DNA from: Elusimicrobiota bacterium
Lineage (GTDB): Bacteria; Elusimicrobiota; Elusimicrobia; UBA1565; JACRDR01
Length of the DNA stretch: 64,000 nt
Direction: 5' to 3'
Assembly (NCBI GenBank): GCA_016194745.1
Contig: JACQBA010000013.1
Span: 192,822-256,821 of the forward strand
Part shown: piece by piece, positions 51,001 to 60,000 of the stretch
How the letters are laid out: every line of letters starts with the position of its first letter
Position numbering within the stretch: the first letter of the stretch is position 1
Program-made: the position numbers and the translations under genes
Notes under the pieces: model-generated
Told to the model about the DNA's origin: nothing
What the model saw: only the letters and a program-made list of their open reading frames with translations
Database searches by the model: none

Positions 51001-54000
51001 TGCGGGCCCGCAGGGATCGTCAGGGTCTCGATGCGCGCGGTGTAGGAGATATCGAGGTCCCTGCTGTAGACCGTGGCCTCGAAGGTGTAGCCGCGGCGGT
51101 AGACGTCCTGGCCGATCGTCATATCCTGTAAGGCGAAGTGATGCTGACCATCGAGCAGGAAGCCGTTGTTGGCGAAGAGCTCCTCGGCCCGCGCTACGAG
51201 CTCGGCGTGCGTCAGCGGTTTATGCGGCGCACCGACGAGCTGCGCCCAGGTCTGGGCGGCTCCAGGCATGATGATATGCCCTAATGTCTCCCCCAACATG
51301 TAGCCGATCGGATTGACCAAGAGGGCGCGCTCCGCCGCTATCCGGGCGATCGTTTCCTGCTCCGTGTCGAGCTTTCGGACCGACTGCATCCACCCCAGGC
51401 CGTCCACAAGCTCCTGCTTGAGCCGCGCGGCGAGTTCCGCTCCGCGCAGATTTCCGAGCCGCGAGTGCTCGATGCGGAAGCTATGATCGTGCGGCTCCGA
51501 ACGGACGGCCAGAGCGGAAGTGCGGATCTGCTCGAGGAGATGGGACTGTCCTACGTTCCGAAAATCGGTGGACCCGCTGGGCGTCGCAAGAAGGCGGTCC
51601 ACCCACTGCACGCGCGCTCCGGCGTATTCGAAATCCCGCTGGATGAGGTGCTGTCCGCCCACGCGGCCCCGGATGATGTCGCTCGCGCGATGGTAGGTTC
51701 CTCCCGGAGTCGGAGGCGCGTCGCGCAGGAAGACGGAGCGCGTGCGGAGCCATTCCTCCCGCCCGTCGTCCGTTTGCCGTATAGCGAAGAAGTCGTGCCG
51801 GAGGTCAGACGCGGGCGCCACGGTCCGCTGGTGCAGCGCGGTGAAATTCTCGTTCAAGTGATAGACGACCGCGGTGTCGCCGTGCCGGATCGTCCAAGAG
51901 GTCGACAGCCGCCTGTCGGTCTCCTCGGGATTGCGCACCTGGTGGCGGAAGTCGAGCTCGTGGTAGTGCGACTGGCTGCCGTTGATGTACTCGCGGTAGG
52001 TGAGGACCCGCGGCCGGTCGACCCCTGCGAGCGTCATCGAGAATTCCTCGATAGCGACGCGCCGGCCATTGACGACCTCGAAGCGGTGCTGCGAGAACTG
52101 GTACATGGGCACGAGTCCGTCGGCGGGAGTCATCGCCCGCACCAGCGTCGGCGCCGTATCGCCGGGGTTGACGCGGTAGATGTTGCCGTCGCGGACGAGG
52201 AACGTCTCGTTCTTGTCGTTGATAAACTGCTGGAAGAACTCGCGCGCCGCTCCCTCGCCGAACGGCACCACCGACGCCTGGATTGTACGGCGGTTGTCGA
52301 AGTCCTGGTACGTCGATCCGGTCGCGGCGCGATCGTACCTCAACCCGTCAAAGACGCCTCCCGGCGTGCCCTGGATCGCGTGGCGCTCGTCCTGCACGAG
52401 CGTCCTTCCATCCACTCTCGCCGTCGAAAACTGCACGACCGTCACGCGGTCGGCGGTCGGATCTCCGAATATCCAGCCCGCCGCGTTAAAGCCGAGCGGC
52501 GCTTGTCGGCCCAGCATGAACGTCGACACCGCCGCGCTCATCCTCGGCAGATATTCGGCGATCGCGTGCCGCCTCTGGCCCGCAGGATCGCGCGCGTCGA
52601 TGCCGGCGACCTCCTCGAACCTTCGGCCGGCCGCGGCCCGCACGGTCACGTCACGCGCGAGACCGTCCAGGAGCCTGCGCGCAAGCGCCTCAGACATGCC
52701 GCCCATGAGCACGAGCCTCTGTGCCAACGCGTCGCGGTTGCCCAGCGCCTCCCCCAGCCGGGAATAGGCGCGCTCGAGCGCCGCGGTTGGACTGACGACC
52801 AACTCGCGCATCCTCTGGTCGTGAAGGTCGCCCGCGCGAGCTCCCATCGCCCGCCAGAACGCGTCCTGCAGCTTCGCCGCCGCCTGGCGGTCCGCCGGAT
52901 TGATGCGGTAGGCGCGCAGAAGGTTCTCGTACGTCTCTCGGTCGCGCCGCGCTTCCTCGACGGTCACGGCTCCGCCGACCTGCCGCGGGCCGTTCTGGAC
53001 GACGTTGACCGCCCGTTCGTCGTAGATCGGCATCAAGCCGCCCAACGCGGCCGTCAGGTTCTCCTTCGTAGGAGAGGCGATGGCGGCCTGGATGCGGGTC
53101 AGGAGCGGCTGCAGGTCGCGCCGGCCGGAACGCGCGATCTGGTCGCGCGAGCGCTCGAGCAGGGCGAGGAAGGAGTTCTGCCTTTGCTGCGGGTTGCCGC
53201 CCTCGCCGTTCCAAAGCATGCGCAGCTGCCGCTGGTCGGGAGTCAGCTCGTTGGGCGGCGCGCTGATCGCCTTGGCGAGATTGTCCAAGAAGGCGGGCGT
53301 GATGAAGTTGGGATCGAGACCGGAGCGCGGATCGCTGAAGAACGTCCGCAGGAATTCGAAGTTGCGCGCCTGCACCGCCGCCGCCAATTCGCGCGCCGGC
53401 GCGGTCTCGTGCTGCAGGACCGACGGATCGTGGACCGCGCGGGCGATCTCTCCGTACATGGTCGCGCAGACCCGCGCGTTGTTCCGGCAGAGCCCCATCT
53501 TCTCGGCCTCCATGGCCAAGCCGAAGAGCGGTATGTTATGGCTCTGATCGAGCCTCTCGAGGAGTTCGACAGGCAGCAGCCTCCGTACCGGTTCGGGCAA
53601 GTCGCGTAGCGCCCGCAGTTGCGTCGCCAAGGAGACGTTCGCCGCGTTGAGATCCATCATCGCCTTGACCGCGGGGATGTCGCGGACGGTCGACGCGACG
53701 GTCTCGAGCAGAGTGATGTGCTCCTGCGCGAACGCGGCCCATGCTTGGTGGGTGCTCGGCATCGTCCCGCCCCTCAGCCGCGCGAAGTCGGCTAAGAAGC
53801 GCTCTTGTGCGGCGTCGCGAGTCGGAAGACCGCGCAGGTGCTGCGCCACGAGCTCGTTCATGCGCAGCATACTGCGCGCGGCGACGCGCGCCTTTGCGAG
53901 ACGCGCGACCTCAGGATCGGTGGAGCGACTCAGCAGATCGTCTTGGATGTCCCCGATGCCCCGCGTGATCTCGTGGAGCTTGGCCTCGGCACCTGCGGTG

Positions 54001-57000
54001 TCGCCGTTCGCCAGCAGGGTCTGCCGCTCGCTCCAGGCGCGCCTCAATGCTTCCAGGGGAGTCCCGCGGATATCGTGGCGGCTGGCCGGACCGTCGAAGA
54101 ACGCCTGGAGCTGCTGCTCGATGCCCGCGACGGGTCCGAGAATATTGAGGGTCCTGACGAAATCGTTGAGCTGGAGCATCCGGCGGTCCGACTCGAAAAG
54201 GCGGCTCGTCGCGGCCATGGCGGTCACACCGAGCGGGCCGAGGTGGGCGAGCGCCTGGCGCTCGCTCCAGAAGGAGCGGTTCGCGAAGTTGCCGAGGACG
54301 AGGCGCCGGGCGACGTCCTCCGGTAGCGTCCCGAGGCCGAGGCCGAGGCGCGGCAGCGCGTCGACCGCGCGCATGAGCGAGGCCACGACGCGCGCCCGGA
54401 CCTTGTCGACCGTAGACACCTGGCGGCATGCGGCGGGGGCGTTGCGTCCCGAGCACATCTGCTCGACAGAACCAAAGAGGCCGTTGTTTCCGAGGAGCGT
54501 CTCTAGCTCCCGCCGCGCGGCCTGGCGGAGATCGAGGTCGGGATGAGTCAGGTGCGGCATGAGGGCTAGCATCCGTTCGGTGGCGAGGCGGTAGCGGTCC
54601 GCCGGCTTGGTCGCGGCGATAACCTCGCGCAGGACCGCCGCAGCGTCGACGGTAGGGCCTCTGCGGGCCAGGTCGTCGTAGAAACGCTGCAGCATGTCGG
54701 GCGTGTACCCTCGAAGGTCGCCCAGGACGCGGTTGATCACACCGTTGACGTCCGCGTTGCCGCTTGTCGCGGCAAATGCCCTCAGCTGCTCGACAACCCT
54801 CGAGCCGCCGGTGAACGTACCCTGAAATCCGCCGAAAGGAGCCGAGGTGCGCTCCGCCGGGTTCGCCGCAGGTGTCGGCAGCCCTGGCAGCCGGAGCCGA
54901 TGGCGTCCCTCGAGGCTGGCCGGGTTGAGCGCCATTGCGTTGAAGTAGGCGTCCATTTGCGCCTGCGCGCGGGCCACGAGCTCGGTCACACTGCGAGGCA
55001 CGATCACCCGGCCGTCGCGGCCGACGCGCGAGCCGTCAAAGACTTCTCCTAAGTTCCTGGCCACCTGCATGAAGCGGTCCCCATTGGCGGGATTATTGAT
55101 TGCGGCGAGATAGGATCGAGCGGTCCTCTCGCGACGCCAATTGCCATCGCGCCGCGCGCGAGCGAGCATGCCGCCGGCGACGGCGCGCATCCTTGCCGCG
55201 AGCTCGTAGTACTGGTCGAGGACCATGTTGTCGAAAGGCGTGCGCTCGCTGCGCGGCTTGCGCGCCGCGGCGGCGGCGGCGTCGATGAGCGCCCGGGTGG
55301 GAAGCCGACCGCTCATGATCTGACTAAGAGCGAGCTCGATCGCCTGCCGGTTGCCGGACTTCAGCGCGGCGTCAAGTTCGGACCATATCCGACGCATGTG
55401 CGCGAGCGCACCGGACGCGGCGCCGCCCATCACGATCTCGAGCACGCGGTCTCGGGCCGCGATCCACCCTGTCGTGTCACCTTCAAAAGCGCCGCTGCGG
55501 TAGCCGTGCTGTAGCAGGCGCAGCAGCGCGATCCGGGCCTTGTCGTCGATGCGCTGCCCGAGGATCGTGATATGCGTCGGCAGGTTGCCGAGGACCTCCG
55601 GCGGAAGGTTCGGATTCAGCAGGAGGCGGCCGAGCGGAGTCAGATTCCGCAGGCACGCCGCGCGATCCGCGCAGTCGCCGGGCGTTCCGACCAGCGCGCC
55701 GAGTGTGTGATGATCCACTCCGGGGATGTCTTTGATGCGGTTGTAGATGTCCGCGAGGAGGAGCGCCCGGGCGCAGCCCTCCGCAGACGGCGTCGCCCGG
55801 CACGCCCGCTCGATCAGCTCGAAGTTGCCGCGAGCCGCCGCGAACTTCTCGGCCGTGTCGGCACCGAGGATGCCCGCGACTAGCTCTGTCGGCGTCTTCG
55901 GCCGCTCGACCACCGCTGCCGGAGCCTCGGGCGCGTCCAGCATCGTGTTGAGCTCCGCGCCGAATCTCGGGTTGGTGATGTTCTCGAGGTTGTCTTGCTC
56001 GATCCTCCTGATCCGTCCCAGGAGCGCCTCGAGCTGCGCGAGCGGCATGTTCTCCGACTTTTGCCTGAGCTTTGCGAGGACGTCCGCAGGAACGCGGTTC
56101 TCGTATCGGGCGATCAGAGACTCCAGCTGCTGTTGGGCGATGGCGAGCTTGAAGACGTTCTGGAAGTCCTCACGCGACGCGCCGACGTCCTGGTGCCCCG
56201 CCAACGATGCGCGCAGCCGCTCCAAGCCTTCCGGAGACATGCCGCGAAGCTCGGGTCGGGCCAACAGATCGGCGACACCGTGACTGCGCGCGAACTCCTC
56301 GATCTGCGCCCACAAGAACGCGCCGCGGACTTGATGCTCCATCGTCCGCACGCTGTCCCCCGGCGTCAGCTGCGCGAGCCGCCGTCGAAGCGCATCCAGC
56401 TGCTCCTTCGTCTTCGCCTCAGCGAGCATTTCCCGCACCGCCGCGTGGAATCGAGCCACGTCCTGCGGATTGCCTTCGACGTTGAGCGCGAGCGCCAGAC
56501 GCGCGATCTCCCGGCGGTCTGAGCGCTGGCTCACGAGCGCCTGGATGGCGGCGTCGGTCGGGTTGGCCATTGCCGCGATCTCGGTGCGCAGCGCGGCGAG
56601 ATCCTGCGCGGAGAGGTCTAGATGCCTCATAGCCTCGATCGATGGGAGGGTATTCAGCCCCCCGCGTCTCAACAGATCGTCGTTGATCCCGCGAAGCGCC
56701 GCGAGGCGCGCCCGCTGCTCGTTGGCTTGACCGACGAGGAAATCCTTGAGGCCGGGATGAGCATCGACCCACGTCTGCTGCGCTAGCGCTATGATCGCCT
56801 CGGGGCTGGAGAAGCCGTTGACACCCAATCGCGCGAGGTCCCGGAGCAGCGGGGGTGTGACCGGACCGTTGACATGGGACAATGCCATGCCGAGCGGGCC
56901 GAGATTGGCGCGGTAGCCGGGCAGCAAGTGCACCGCGCCGATGTCGCTCGGCGGCAACGTGGCGATGTGCGTCTCGATGAAACGGCGCAACGCTTCATTG

Positions 57001-60000
57001 CGCTGCTGTCCGAAGGGCAGACGGAGAAGCGCCTGATAGTCGCCCATCATCCGTTGTGCCGCGGCCGTGCGGGAAGCCTGGAGCGCCTCGGCGGCCCCGC
57101 GGACGATGCCGTCGACCGCACCGGCGGCCAGCGGATCGGCGTGGTTCGTCACGGCCTCGATGATGCGCGGACGAAGCGCAGGCTCTACGCGATCGATCGC
57201 CTGCATTAGCTGGATGGCCTGCCGTACCGCGGAAGGCTCCGCCCCCGGGACGAGCTTCGCCCTCAACGCCTCCGCCAATTCAGGATGGCGCGCAGCCAAG
57301 ACTTGGTAATCTCGCCAATGTTGAGCAGCGAGGAACTCGTTGCGCAGGAACTGCTCCGCCGCCGCTCCCTCCAATCGCTTGAACGCGGCCTGGACCGTCT
57401 CGTCCGTCAAGCGATCGCGGATCGCCCGCAATGTGATGGCAGTAATGTTGGGTTCGGAAAGGAGCCGCTCGACCAGAGGGCGGCCAAACGACCCGGCGGC
57501 GTCGAAGACTTCCTTGCGTGCCAGGAACACGTCAACGACACCTTCGATCCGCCTGCGGATCGCGAGCCGGTCGCCTCCGGCGTGCTGGGCCGCAAAGACC
57601 GCGGCGCGCAATCGCGAGAGTTCCTCCCCGCTCATCTCGGGCAGCGTGACGCTCGCACCTAGAGCGGAGAGCTCTTCCCTCAATCGAGCGAGACGGGAGG
57701 GAGCAAGGAGTTGCTCCTGGGGGCTGCCGTGAGGCACTTCCGGGCCGCCCCGAAGCTCGGCCAAGGCGCTCGCCAATTGATCCGCGTCCAATGCACTCAC
57801 GGCCGTGCGGATCGCGTTCTCCGGATGCCGGCCGCCGAGCCGGAGGAGCAGGTCGTCGCGCAGGCTTGACCATTGGCGCCGCTCTCCGATCCGGTCGGTC
57901 AGGAACTGCCACATCGGATTTTTGTCGCCGTTGCTGAGGAACTCCGGGATGTTTGCGTCGCGAAACTGCTCGAGCCTCGTGACGTTCATTCGGCGAGGGT
58001 CTCCCAACTCGAGCACGGAGAGTCCCTGGTAAAATTGAAGCGCACGCTCGAAGTTCGTGCCGCGGCGCTCTGCGAGAAGCATCGCCTGCAGCGTGCGGTC
58101 ACCGGTGAGGTCGCCGCTGAAATCGCGCATGAGGACGGCGCGCAGCGCGTCTCCCGCGTCGCCGTACGCCAATCGCCGCGCGATGAATTCGCGCAGCGCC
58201 GCCTGGCGCTCCGCTCCCGCGGGCATCTCTCGGATGGCCTTGAGCCGCTCCTCCTGATGGTGCCCGACGGCCGCCTGGATCTGCTCTTCGAAGTCGGCCG
58301 TTACGCCATTGCGCAGGGCGGCCAGCGCAGCGGCCCGCTCGGGGCCCTGAAGCTGCATCGCACGCTGGATCGCCGCCATCGTCCTCGCCGTGACCGCCGG
58401 ATCCGCGTCCGGCGCGGCGAGCCCGTCGCGGAAGGCCGCCAAGTTAAGAGTCGGGTTGGCCGCGATCAGCTGGTCCAGCTGCCTCAGCCGCGGCGCCGCC
58501 AGGACGTTGTTCGCGATCTCGGCGCTGACCGTGCCGCGCGCCGCCTCGGCGATGAGGCGCCGGACCGCGTCTTCGTTCTTGTTCTCGCCGCGCTGCAGCG
58601 CGCTCAGCAGTTCCTGCAGCCTCTGCGAGCTCACGCCCGCGTCGTGCATCGCGTGGATCGCACGGACGACCTCCGGCCCGTAGTGGCCGAACTCTCCCGC
58701 CAGCAAGTTCCGCGCCTGGAAGCGCTGGAAGAGTTCGGCGTTGGTCCCCATGATAAGCTTGCCGAGATCCGTCCCCTCGAGGCCCGAGACGATCCGGCCA
58801 TGCTGGCGGATGAACTCGTGGACCTGGTCCCGATTCGTCCAATCGAGACCGGCGAGCGCGGCGCGGAATTCGGGCCCGAGCGCGGCGGCGCGTTCGGGCG
58901 ACAACCCTTGGACATGCTGCTCGAGCAAGAGCAGCGCCCGCGCCGCCGGACCCAGCGCGTCGCTCAAGGACCCGACCGTAGCGCGCTCGTCGACGCGCAT
59001 CGTCGCGACGGTCCCGAACAATTGGTTCAGCCGGATCCCGGCGAGGTCGCCGCCCGCGGCCTGATAGCGCGTCACGGCGTCGAGCATGGCCTTGAGGCGC
59101 GCCGACTCGCCCGTCGGCGGATGGCTCACCCATAGGCCTTCGAGCCGCGTCCGGTGCTGGTCCAGGAACGCCTGCACCTGGTCCGGCCGGATCGTCCGCA
59201 GTTCCTGAGTCAGTCTAGCGATCTGCTCGCTGCGGATGACCGGCGCGAGTTGCTCGAGGATCCTGTTGCGCAGCTCGATCGCTCCCGGGACGCCCGCGGC
59301 GATGACGCGCTCGGCGATCTCGCGGACGTTCGCCGGCGGGTTGTCTCCCCAGAAGGCCGCGATGATCCCCCGCGCCATCGTTTGGATCATGTGCTCGTTG
59401 CCGGCCCTAGCGGTCGATGCGAGCAGGATCTGCCGCTCGAGCTGGGAGCGGAAGCCGGCGGCGGCAGGATCGAGCGCCATCCCCGCGATTACCGCGTCGC
59501 GCCGGTCCGGCGGAAGGCGCTGCATGAGGGCGCGGAACGCAGGATCGGTCCGCATGAGCCGGTCTATCTCCCCGTTGATCTGGACGCGGGCCAAGGACGC
59601 CGCGTACTCGCGCTCCGGCCGCGTCGTGCCCAGTCGGGTCCATGCGTCGAGAACTTGTCCCGCCTGTTCGTAGTTGAGCCGGTCCAGTCTCGCCTCGATC
59701 GCCGCACGCCTTTGGGGAGGCACGTGTTGCAGCATCTCTTTCGCGCGAAGGATCGACGCGGATCGGATCGCCGCGAACACGCCGTCTTGTCCGCGCGCCG
59801 CCGTGAGCTCCGCGACCAATTTCCGCATTGGCTCCAGGTCCAAGCCTAGTCGCAGAACCCTGGCCAAGGCGAGGTCGCGATCCGGCCGGCGTTCCCCCGG
59901 CATGCGCGCCTCGATCAGTGATCGGATGGTGCCGATGAGGCTTCTCGCCTGAGCCTGCTCTCGCTTGAGGACTTCGGCCGCCCTCACAAGATCGGCGCCC